Below, in pieces: positions 16,606-24,746 of a stretch of 34,102 bases of DNA. Both the position numbers and the translations under genes were made by a program. Numbering within the stretch: position 1 is the first letter of the stretch; every line of letters starts with the position of its first letter. The notes beneath the pieces were generated by a model. That model searched no databases, had not been told where the DNA came from, and saw only the letters and a list, made by a program, of their open reading frames with translations. Source of the stretch: Myxococcales bacterium (GTDB lineage Bacteria; Myxococcota_A; UBA9042; JABWCM01; BTVJ01); NCBI GenBank assembly GCA_045863395.1, contig BTVJ01000080.1:1-34102 (forward strand), given 5' to 3'.

Positions 16606-17037
16606 CTAGCCCTTCTCGATCTTCTCGACGGCGAGCTCGAGCTCCTCGACGTTGACGTCAGCGCCCTTGCCGTCGAGGGTGAAGCCCTTCCACTTGGCCG
16701 GCCAGGCCTCGAAGAAGTTGTAGCGCATGATCTCGCCGCCGTCGTCACCGCAGAGGATGACGGAGCCGCTCTTGCGCTCGACGACGCCGTCGATCACCTT
16801 CTTCCGCCACTGCCACAGCTCGTCCGTGGCGATGTAGCCGCGCTTCAGCACGACGTTGCTGTACTTGGTGCGGCCGGGGCGCTTGCGGAGGATGATGTCG
16901 TCGCCGTCCTGGTACTCGACGATCTCCGTCTCGGAGTCGAGCCCCTCGACGTTGCGGAAGGCACCCTGGGTGACTCCCTCGATCTCCACCTTGAAGTTGA
17001 AGTTACCGATGTGGTCATGAGCTCTTCTGTTCGGCAT
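16606..17037 (-). CDS. Major tail tube protein, T4 gp19-like (Afp1/Pvc1-like)
   Basis: NFNFKVEIEG..FRNVEGLDSETEIVEYQDG..RKRPGRTKYSNVVLKRG..WPAKWKG..VEELELAVE; AGGAG RBS. Confidence 0.96.
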   Translation of the reverse strand: MPNRRAHDHIGNFNFKVEIEGVTQGAFRNVEGLDSETEIVEYQDGDDIILRKRPGRTKYSNVVLKRGYIATDELWQWRKKVIDGVVERKSGSVILCGDDGGEIMRYNFFEAWPAKWKGFTLDGKGADVNVEELELAVEKIEKG

Positions 17038-17099
17038 CTCCTGATCTCCTCTGGTCGGAAAGTGTCGGGGAGTGTTCCTGGTACCCCTCGGCCACGTTG

Positions 17100-17132
17100 A
17101 AAATTACCGGCGGGGCAACCGATGCCCCGCCG
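17100..17132 (-). terminator. Intrinsic terminator-like hairpin between sheath-1 and tube-1
   Basis: Perfect 10-bp stem CGGCGGGGCA/TGCCCCGCCG (17108-17132) with a 5-nt loop, followed on the minus strand by GTAATTTT. Confidence 0.6.
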
Positions 17133-17142
17133 ATCCCTCGAA

Positions 17143-18303
17143 TTACTCGCTGATGTCGCCTCCCGCCGGCATCTGGCCGATGCGGAAGATCACGAACTCG
17201 GCCGGCTTCACCGGGCACATGCCGATCTCGCAGATCATCTGACCGGCGTCGATGACCTCCGGCGGGTTCGTCTCATCGTCGCACTTCACGTAGAACGCCT
17301 CCTCCGGCGTCTTGCCGAAGAGGGCGCCCTGGCGCCACAGGCGGAGCAGGAAGGCGCTGATGTCGCGCGTGACGCGCTTCCAGAGCCTGTGGTCGTTGGG
17401 CTCGAACACCACCCACTGGGTTCCCAGCTCGATGGACTGCTCCACCATGTTGAAGAGGCGCCGCACGTTCACGTAGCGCCAGCTCGGGTCGCTGGAGATC
17501 GTGCGCGCGCCCCACACCCGGATGCCCCGGTTCGGGAAGCTGCGGATGCAGTTGATCCCCTTCGGGTTGAGGATGTCCTGCTCACCGCGGGTGATGTTGT
17601 ACTTGAGGCCGAGGGCGCCGCGCACCAGCTCGTTGGCGGGCGCCTTGTGGACGCCGCGCTCCGCGTCGCTGCGGGCGTACACGCCGGCCATGTAGCCGCT
17701 GGGCGGCTGGTAGATGTTTCCCTTGATCGGGTCGTAGACCTCGATCCACGGGAAGTAGTAGGAGCCGTACTTCGAGTCCCGGGGCTTCGGGAGCTTGTCG
17801 ACGCCGCCCTTCTCGATGGTCTCCGGCGAGTCGAGGATCGCGAAGCGGTAGCGCATGTTCTCGCAGTGCGAGAGGACGGCTTCTGTGATCGCGGGCTCCG
17901 TCTGGCCGGGGGCGCAGACGATGTTGATCTCCTCGATGTCCTCGAAGGCCTTCAGGCCTGTGCGGGTGCCGGGGCCGTTGTCCGAGCCGATGTACTTGCC
18001 CGCCTTGCCGGCCTTCTTGCCCTCTTCGCCGGCCTCCTCGGTGCCGACGTTCAGCACGAAGCAGCGGCCGCCGCCGTTGTTGAAGAAGCCGTACACCGCG
18101 TGCGCCAGGTACTCGCTGTTCTGGAAGTCACCGAAGTGCTTCGTGAACTGGCTCCAGTTGGTGCAGAAGATGGGCTCGTTCGTGGGGCCGATGTTGCACT
18201 CGCCGATGAAGGCGACGGTGCTGGTGCCGACCATCTCGAGCGGCTTTGTGCCGCGGTCGACTTCCTCGACATAGACACCAGGAGACAAGTACGAAGTAGC
18301 CAT
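17143..18303 (-). CDS. Contractile tail sheath protein 1 (compact, probable major sheath)
   Basis: YLSPGVYVEEVD, AVYGFFNNGG, RFAILD, YYFPW, PPSGYMAG, GVHKAPAN, VWGART, WVVFEPND and PVKPAEFVIFRI motifs; TAAGGAGG RBS. Confidence 0.97.
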   Translation of the reverse strand: MATSYLSPGVYVEEVDRGTKPLEMVGTSTVAFIGECNIGPTNEPIFCTNWSQFTKHFGDFQNSEYLAHAVYGFFNNGGGRCFVLNVGTEEAGEEGKKAGKAGKYIGSDNGPGTRTGLKAFEDIEEINIVCAPGQTEPAITEAVLSHCENMRYRFAILDSPETIEKGGVDKLPKPRDSKYGSYYFPWIEVYDPIKGNIYQPPSGYMAGVYARSDAERGVHKAPANELVRGALGLKYNITRGEQDILNPKGINCIRSFPNRGIRVWGARTISSDPSWRYVNVRRLFNMVEQSIELGTQWVVFEPNDHRLWKRVTRDISAFLLRLWRQGALFGKTPEEAFYVKCDDETNPPEVIDAGQMICEIGMCPVKPAEFVIFRIGQMPAGGDISE

Positions 18304-18545
18304 TGGTCCTCCTTAGCGGTTGCTATTGCTCACACCCCGAACCATTCGGGCACCGCGAGTCTCCGGGGGTCGCCTCGCGGCTCTTCCGGTGGTCGGCGGT
18401 GTCAAGCCATGCTCGTCGGGTCGCTCTCCCCGAGCCCGAAACTTCGGGCTCCTGCTTTGCGATCACTGGCATGAGCCTCATATGCACCCGCTGGGGGCCG
18501 TTGTGCCAACACGAGAGGTCTGCTTTCACTAGTGTCGGCTGGACC

Positions 18546-19130
18546 TCAGCGGACTGCAATATCCTTGCCAATGACGCGTCTGATCTCAGCGGACCGCCGC
18601 TCCGACTCCAACCGAAGCTTGATGTAGTAGTACACGGCGGGCCGCACCTCCTCGTTCAGGCTGCGCCAGAACGACAGGACATCGTTGTAGTCCGTCTGGA
18701 GGTTCGGATAGATGTTCAGGACATCGTTCGGGTAGAAGGAGTCGCCCTTCAGCCGTTCGCCCTGCACCATCGGGTTCTCCAGGAAGGTCTTCACCGCCAG
18801 GCCCATGAGGAGGTTCTCCTCGGTCGGCGTATTGCCCCAGATGGAGATGATGAAGTGGGCGAAGATGTAGAGCGGCGCGTCCTGGTAGTACTCGACGATG
18901 TTGCCGGTCTTGTCCTGCGTCGTGACCAGCGACTGGGTGCGCTCCTTGTACGTGGGAGCGAACGCCAGGTGGTACATGTAGCAGCTCACGGCCGGCTTGT
19001 TCTTGATGTTGTCTTTCTTGGGCACCTCGGTGGCGATGGTGACCGTCTTGAAGCCTGCTGCTACGAAGGAGTCCTTGAGGAGCTCCTTCATGGTCTCGCA
19101 CGCATCAGAGATGATCTGGAACTGACTCAT
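18546..19130 (-). CDS. Cap/terminator protein, Pvc16/Afp16 N-terminal (DUF4255)-like
   Basis: ISDACETMKELL..PAVSCYMYHL..PLYIFAHFIISIW..ENLLMG..FWRSLNEEVRPAVYY pattern, positioned upstream of the sheath gene. Start is ATG 19130 or GTG 19139. Confidence 0.8.
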   Translation of the reverse strand: MSQFQIISDACETMKELLKDSFVAAGFKTVTIATEVPKKDNIKNKPAVSCYMYHLAFAPTYKERTQSLVTTQDKTGNIVEYYQDAPLYIFAHFIISIWGNTPTEENLLMGLAVKTFLENPMVQGERLKGDSFYPNDVLNIYPNLQTDYNDVLSFWRSLNEEVRPAVYYYIKLRLESERRSAEIRRVIGKDIAVR

Positions 19131-19201
19131 GCCACTCACGAACCTGTAAGAGTCCGAAGGTCGGGTGCCGTTCGCTCATAGGTGCCTTCTGGGCCGGAGT
19201 G

Positions 19202-19231
19202 GTGGTAGCACACACCCGAAGGATCTGTCAA
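19202..19231 (-). promoter_or_regulatory. Candidate sigma70 promoter of the CIS module
   Basis: Minus strand TTGACA, 18-nt spacer, TACCAC with an extended -10 TG. Confidence 0.45.
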
Positions 19232-19420
19232 CGCGTTGCGGTCATGCATCCTGGCGGTTCCCTGTCGTTGTGCGGGGTGTGAGCGTCGGGGGTGTTGCGG
19301 TCGGCGCTGGAAGGGCTGTCGCAGGGCGTGGGGTGCGCAGGGGTGGTCTCCTCGTTGGGTACAATTGGCCACAGGCGGGGTCAAGTGACCTGGGGGCTGG
19401 GAAGCCCCGTGGCGGCGACT

Positions 19421-20215
19421 TCAGGAGAGGAGCGTGCGGACCTCACGGGCGATGACGTCCGCGAGGTCGGGGGAGGGGGCGGAGGGGATGGGGAGGTCCC
19501 GGGGGCCCGTACAGAGGCCGACATAGGTGCGGGTAGCCGGCGCTGGGCCGAGGCCGCGGGCCTCGGGGCCCAGGCCCGCCTTTGCGCGGCGGGCCAGCAG
19601 CCTGTCGACGTCCTCGGCCGGGATGGTCGTGACCCGGCCGAGCTGGAGCGCAGCTCGCTGGATGCGTGCGAGGTGCTCGACCAGCTCCATGCGGAGGAAG
19701 GCCTGCTCGAGGGTCGCGCCGATGGCCAGGACCCCGTGGTTCGAGAGGAGCACCACGTCGTGCCATGGCAGGGCCGCGTCGAGGGCGTCGACCGCTGCGT
19801 TCGTGCCGGGGAGCGCGTAGGGAAGAAGCGGGACGCGGCTGCCAAGGCTGACGACGGCCTCGGCGATGATGCGGGGGTCGATCTCCATGCCCGCGATGGC
19901 GAAGGCGGTGGCGTCCGGGGGGTGGGCGTGGAGCACGGCGGCAGCGTCGGGGCGCAGCTTGAGGGCGCGCAGGTGGAGGTCGACTTCGCTGAAGACCCGG
20001 TGCCGACCGTGGAGGACCTTGCCCGCCGAATCCAGCACCAGCAGATCGTCTTCTCGCAGCTCGCCCTTGCTGAAGGCGGTGGGCGTCGCAAGCAGCCGGC
20101 CCGCCTCCAGGCGCACCGTGGCGTTTCCGTCGTGGTTGGCGACCCAGCCCTTGGCGTCCACCTTGTGGATCCAGTGGACCAGCTCCCGCCGCAGCAGCGT
20201 CTGCGGGAGGCTCAT
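19421..20215 (-). CDS. Class II aldolase/adducin-family protein with C-terminal BMC encapsulation peptide
   Basis: DGNATVR, LATPT, SEVDLH, VLHAHPP and LLSNHGVL motifs; Pro-rich linker then amphipathic DLADVIAREVRTLLS. True start is ATG 20215, in an ATGA overlap with the BMC-P stop. Confidence 0.92.
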   Translation of the reverse strand: MSLPQTLLRRELVHWIHKVDAKGWVANHDGNATVRLEAGRLLATPTAFSKGELREDDLLVLDSAGKVLHGRHRVFSEVDLHLRALKLRPDAAAVLHAHPPDATAFAIAGMEIDPRIIAEAVVSLGSRVPLLPYALPGTNAAVDALDAALPWHDVVLLSNHGVLAIGATLEQAFLRMELVEHLARIQRAALQLGRVTTIPAEDVDRLLARRAKAGLGPEARGLGPAPATRTYVGLCTGPRDLPIPSAPSPDLADVIAREVRTLLS

Positions 20216-20481
20216 GCCACGTCCACCGCGTCTACGATGCCCACGATGAGCGAGCGGATGGGGAGGACCTTCTCGCGGAGGATCTGGCGCACGCCGTTGC
20301 CCTCGCGCATGACGAGCACCCGGTCGCCGACGCCCGCCTGGACCGTGTCCACCGCCAGGACCACCTCGCCGCAGTCGGTGCCGTGCTCGTCGATGGGCTG
20401 GACGACCATCAGCTTGTGGCCCACGTAGGTGGGGTGCTTGACCGTGGAGGTGACGGTGCCGATGACGCGGCCGAGGGTCAT
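20212..20481 (-). CDS. BMC vertex (pentamer) protein, EutN/CcmL family
   Basis: MTLGRVIGTVTSTVKH..KLMVVQP..VLAVDTVQAGVGDRVLV..IVGIVD. Confidence 0.95.
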   Translation of the reverse strand: MTLGRVIGTVTSTVKHPTYVGHKLMVVQPIDEHGTDCGEVVLAVDTVQAGVGDRVLVMREGNGVRQILREKVLPIRSLIVGIVDAVDVA

Positions 20482-20759
20482 GGCTGCGCCTCCGGTTCCA
20501 GATCCACCGAGTCCACGATGCCGATGATCGCTGCGTCAACTGGAACAAAGGTCTCCGGGAGGGCGAGGGCGGCCTCGCGACTACCGACCAAGGCGACACG
20601 GTCCCCGGGGCCCGCCTGGACCGCGTCGCAGGCGACCTGGACGTTGCCCTTGGGGGTCCAGTCGGGCTCCACCGGCTGGACGAGCATCATGCGGATGCCC
20701 TCGAGACCCGGTGCGCGCTGCGTCGCGACGACGGTTCCTACCACGATGCCCAGGTACAC
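20478..20759 (-). CDS. BMC vertex (pentamer) protein, EutN/CcmL family
   Basis: GTG start behind AGGAGG; YLGIVVGTVVATQR..VACDAVQAGPGDRV..GSREAA..PVDAAIIGIVD. Confidence 0.95.
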   Translation of the reverse strand: MYLGIVVGTVVATQRAPGLEGIRMMLVQPVEPDWTPKGNVQVACDAVQAGPGDRVALVGSREAALALPETFVPVDAAIIGIVDSVDLEPEAQP

Positions 20760-20787
20760 GGCGCTCCTCCTGCCCGAGACGGGCCGC

Positions 20788-20853
20788 ATTGTCGACCCCG
20801 GCGGCGCGTGGTGTCAAGGCCGCGTTGACAGCGCACCGGGGGCGTGGCATCAC
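20788..20853. promoter_or_regulatory. Back-to-back divergent sigma70 promoters (BMC operon and M16 operon)
   Basis: Minus strand TTGACA (20817-20812), 18-nt spacer, GACAAT. Plus strand TTGACA (20825-20830), 17-nt spacer, CATCAC. Confidence 0.5.
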
Positions 20854-20890
20854 GTCGGCAGCCTGCGGTGAGCGGGCAGAGGAGCGTGCG

Positions 20891-23437
20891 ATGAGGGTGA
20901 GGCTGGACAATGGGCTGACCGTGATCCTGGATCCGCGCCGGGGCGCGCCCGTGGTGGCGATCCAGGCGTGGGTGAAGGTGGGCTCTGCGGACGAGGACGA
21001 CGCGGAGGCGGGGCTGGCGCACGTCCACGAGCACATGCTGTTCAAGGGGACCGAGACGCGGGGGGTGGGGCAGATCGCGCGGGAGGTGGAGGGGGCCGGT
21101 GGCGAGATCAACGCCTGGACCTCATTCGATCAGACGGTCTACCACGTCGTCATGTCCAGCCGGGAGCTCGATCGGGGGCTCGACATCATGGCGGACGCCC
21201 TCCAGCGGTCGGCCTTCGATGCGGACGAGCTGGGGCGGGAGCTGGAGGTCATCCTGGAGGAGATCAAGCGCGCAGACGACGCGCCGAGCCGCGTGGCGAG
21301 CCGCATGCTCTTCGAGACGGCCTACCGCGCCCATCCGTACCGCAAGCCCGTCATCGGGACCCGGGAGTCCGTGCGGGCGTTCACCCGTGACGCGGTCACC
21401 TCCTTCTATGAGAAGTGGTACACGGCGGACAACATGGTGCTGGTCGTCGGGGGGGACTTCGACGCGGGCGTGGTGTTGCCCAAGGTAGAGGCGGCGTTCG
21501 CCGGCCTGAGGCGTGGGGCCTTGCGCAAGGAGCGGCCCGCGGAGCCGCCACAGGGCGGGCTGCGCTGTCGCGTCGAGCGGGGGCCGTTCGCAGAGACCCA
21601 GATGCTGCTCGCCATCCAGGGGCCGGACGTCGAGGATCCCGACGTGGCGGCGCTCGACCTGCTCACGCTGATCCTGGGGCAGGGGGAGAGCTCGCGGCTC
21701 AATCTGCAGGTGAAGCGGGAGCTCGGGATCGTCAACGAGGTGTCGGCTTACTCCTTCAAGATGCGGGATCCGGGGCTCATCGTGCTGAGCGCCCAGCTCG
21801 CGGCGCGGGACGTGGAGGCCGCCTACGAGGAGTGCCTGCGACGGCTGCTCCTGCTGCGTGCGCACCCGGTGGGGGAGGACGAGCTGGACAAGGCGAAGAC
21901 CCTCATCGAGAGCACCACGGTCTATGAGAAGGAGACCGTGCAGGGCATGGCGAGCAAGCACGGGTGGTACGAGGTGGTCGCCGGCGGGATCGCCTGGGAG
22001 GCCCGCTATTACGAGGCGGTCCGCCGCGCGACGCCGGACGAGCTGCTGCGGGTGGCGCGCCGGTGGCTCGACATCGGGCGCCTGTCCGTGGTGCTGCTGA
22101 TGCAGCAGGATGCGCCGGAGCTGCCGACGGAGGAGGCGCTGAGGGCGACGGCGGAGCGCATCGCCCGCGAGGCGGATGGGGCGCGGGCGGTCGGACCCTC
22201 TGGGACGGGGGTCGTGCGGCACCGCGTGGAGAACGGGCCCCTGCTGGTCATCGATCAGGACGCCAGCGTCCCGCTCATCGCCATGCGCGCGGTGTTCGGG
22301 GGGGGGCTGCGCTTCGAGACCCCGGCCGACGGGGGCGTCGGGACGCTGATGTCCCAGTGCCTGACGCGGGGGACTCCGACCCGGACCGCCGCGGACATCG
22401 CGCGGGAGCTGGACCGCACGGCGAGCGGTCTCGGCGGCTTCATGCGCATGAACAGCATCGGGGTGCGCGGCGAGCTCCTGACCCGGCGCTTCACCCCTGG
22501 GCTCGGATTGCTGGCCGACTGTGTGCTCAACGCCAGCTACCCGGAGGGGGAGGTCGCGCGGGAGAAGGCGCTCCATCTGGAGGAGATCCGCGCGCAGGAG
22601 GACCACCTGTCCAGCGCCGTGTTTCGTGCGTTTGCGCGGACCCTGTATGGAACGCACCCGTATGGGCTCCCCGTGCTCGGGACCGAGGCGTCCGTCCGGG
22701 GGATGAGCCGCGAGATCCTGATGGCTCACCACCACCGCTACCTGCACCCCGGGCGCATGACCCTGGCCGTGGTCGGGGACGTGGACCCGGATCGGGTCAT
22801 CGAGGAGGCGACCGCCCTCTTTGGCGGGCGGGGTGACCGCCCGGTAGCCGACCCGGCGGTGGTGGCGCCACACGCGCCGGAGCATCCGCGGGAGACCGTG
22901 GAGCACCGGGACCGGCAGCAGGCCCACATGGCCATCGGGTTCCTCGGGACGACGGTGGCCAGCGAGGACCGGTTTGCGCTGGACGTGCTCTCCACGGTGC
23001 TCGGCGGGCAGGGGGGGCGGCTGTTCCTGGAGCTGCGGGACCGGCGGAGCCTGGCGTACTCCGTGGGGGCGTGGTCCGTGGAGGGCATCGACCCGGGCTA
23101 CTTCGTGACGTACATCGGGACGAGCCCGGACAAGCTGGACGAGGCCGAGCGGGGCATCGAGGCGGAGCTCTCGCGGGTCACCGAGGAGCTGGTGTCGGAG
23201 GCGGAGCTGGACCGGGCGCGGAGCCACATCGCCGGCTCCCACGACATCTCGCTGCAGCGCCGGGGGGCGCGCGCGGGCTTCCTGGCGTTCAACGAGGCCT
23301 ACGGGCTCGGCTATGAGAGCTACGGCGACTATGGGGCGCGGGTGCGGGCGGTGACGGCCGAGGACGTGCGCGCGGTGGCGGAGCGGGTGCTTCGGTTGGA
23401 CCGGCGCGTGCGGGCCGTGATCCGCCCGGAGAGTTGA
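20891..23437 (+). CDS. M16 family zinc peptidase (insulinase/pitrilysin-like, two-lobed)
   Basis: LDNGLTV, GLAHVHEHMLFKGT (HxxEH) and INAWTSFDQTVY; the second lobe lacks HxxEH; GAGGAG RBS. Confidence 0.95.
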   Translation: MRVRLDNGLTVILDPRRGAPVVAIQAWVKVGSADEDDAEAGLAHVHEHMLFKGTETRGVGQIAREVEGAGGEINAWTSFDQTVYHVVMSSRELDRGLDIMADALQRSAFDADELGRELEVILEEIKRADDAPSRVASRMLFETAYRAHPYRKPVIGTRESVRAFTRDAVTSFYEKWYTADNMVLVVGGDFDAGVVLPKVEAAFAGLRRGALRKERPAEPPQGGLRCRVERGPFAETQMLLAIQGPDVEDPDVAALDLLTLILGQGESSRLNLQVKRELGIVNEVSAYSFKMRDPGLIVLSAQLAARDVEAAYEECLRRLLLLRAHPVGEDELDKAKTLIESTTVYEKETVQGMASKHGWYEVVAGGIAWEARYYEAVRRATPDELLRVARRWLDIGRLSVVLLMQQDAPELPTEEALRATAERIAREADGARAVGPSGTGVVRHRVENGPLLVIDQDASVPLIAMRAVFGGGLRFETPADGGVGTLMSQCLTRGTPTRTAADIARELDRTASGLGGFMRMNSIGVRGELLTRRFTPGLGLLADCVLNASYPEGEVAREKALHLEEIRAQEDHLSSAVFRAFARTLYGTHPYGLPVLGTEASVRGMSREILMAHHHRYLHPGRMTLAVVGDVDPDRVIEEATALFGGRGDRPVADPAVVAPHAPEHPRETVEHRDRQQAHMAIGFLGTTVASEDRFALDVLSTVLGGQGGRLFLELRDRRSLAYSVGAWSVEGIDPGYFVTYIGTSPDKLDEAERGIEAELSRVTEELVSEAELDRARSHIAGSHDISLQRRGARAGFLAFNEAYGLGYESYGDYGARVRAVTAEDVRAVAERVLRLDRRVRAVIRPES

Positions 23438-23465
23438 TGCTTCCCAACTGCTGAGAGGAGAGAGC

Positions 23466-24554
23466 ATGAGGATCGGGGTCATGACCGGTGGCGGCGACTG
23501 CGCTGGGCTCAACGCGGTGATCCGCGCCGTGGTCAAGACGGCGCACTTCGAGTTCCACGACGATGTCGTGGGCCTGGAGGACGGCTTCGACGCGCTGGTG
23601 CGGGGGGACCTGCCGCTCCCGCTGACGCCGCGAGAGGTGCGTGGGATCCTGGGGCTCGGAGGGACGATCCTCGGCACCACGAACCGGGGCAACCCCTTCC
23701 AGTATCTGGAGCCGGGGCGTCCGGGGCGCGTGGATCGGTCGGGGGACGTGGTGGAGCAGCTCGAGGCCCTGGGCATCGACGGGCTCGTGCTGATCGGTGG
23801 CGACGGGACCATGAGCATCGGCGCCGAGCTGACCCGCCTGGGCGTGCCCATCGTGGGCGTTCCGAAGACGATCGACAACGACCTCGTGGGGACGGACCAG
23901 ACCTTCGGGTTCGACTCGGCGCTCGGCGTGGCCATGGACGCGCTGGACCGTCTGCGCACCACGGCTGAGAGCCACGAGCGCGTGATGATTCTGGAGGTGA
24001 TGGGGCGCTACGCCGGGTGGATAGCGCTTCACGCCGGGATCGCGGGCGGGGCGCACGCCATCCTGATCCCCGAGATCCCCTACGACCCGAAGCTCCTGGT
24101 GCGGTGCATCAGGAGGCGCTTTGCTCAGGAGGGCAAGTACTTCCTGATCGTCGTCGCGGAGGGGGCGCGGCCCCAGGACGGGAGCCTCGCCGTACTCGCC
24201 GCGGGAGTCGACGGCACTCCCGAGCGCCTGGGCGGCGCGGGGGAGCGGCTGGCGCGCCAGATCGAGGAGAACATCCACCCCGAGATCCGCGTGACCGTGC
24301 TCGGGCACCTGCAGCGGGGTGGGTCGCCCTCGCCCCTGGATCGGATCCTGGCGACCCGGTTCGGGTGCGAGGCCGTGCACATGGTGCATCGCGGTGAGTT
24401 CGGCCGGCTCGTGGTGCTGCGCGGGGAGCACCTGGAGAGCGTGCCGTTGGAGGAGGTGGCGGGAAAGCAGCGGCTCGTCGACCCGGGGAGCCAGCTCATC
24501 CTGACGGCGCGGAGCCTGGGGGTGTGCTTCGGCGACGGCGTCGGGCCGGGCTGA
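23466..24554 (+). CDS. pfkA: 6-phosphofructokinase (PfkA family, likely ATP-dependent)
   Basis: TGGGDCAGLN, GGTILGT, IGGDGT, PKTIDND, EVMGRYAG and LGHLQRGG motifs. Confidence 0.95.
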   Translation: MRIGVMTGGGDCAGLNAVIRAVVKTAHFEFHDDVVGLEDGFDALVRGDLPLPLTPREVRGILGLGGTILGTTNRGNPFQYLEPGRPGRVDRSGDVVEQLEALGIDGLVLIGGDGTMSIGAELTRLGVPIVGVPKTIDNDLVGTDQTFGFDSALGVAMDALDRLRTTAESHERVMILEVMGRYAGWIALHAGIAGGAHAILIPEIPYDPKLLVRCIRRRFAQEGKYFLIVVAEGARPQDGSLAVLAAGVDGTPERLGGAGERLARQIEENIHPEIRVTVLGHLQRGGSPSPLDRILATRFGCEAVHMVHRGEFGRLVVLRGEHLESVPLEEVAGKQRLVDPGSQLILTARSLGVCFGDGVGPG

Positions 24555-24746
24555 ACACCGCCAGACCGGGTTTGCGACCCGCACGGCCTGCTTGGTGCGC
24601 TCTCCCTCGGAGCGCGACACATGGGCGGCGCTCTTCTCGTGCTCGGACCTCCGGGCGCGCTGCGCGGCGGCGGGCGTGCCAGGGCCGCCGCGGTCCACTG
24701 CTCGTGAGAACCTGTCGCTCTCCCCGGTGGGTATCGGAGGCTGCTC

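Noticed and set aside
6320..19139. Prophage, R-type tailocin or T6SS interpretation
   Set aside because: No capsid, terminase, integrase or lysis genes, and no TssB/C, TssJLM or ClpV. Single-chain sheaths, gp19 tubes, LysM tube and Pvc16-like cap fit an eCIS-type locus.
20216..20599. N-terminal extension of the 392-aa aldolase ORF
   Set aside because: It is an alternative frame over the two BMC-P genes; the real start is ATG 20215.
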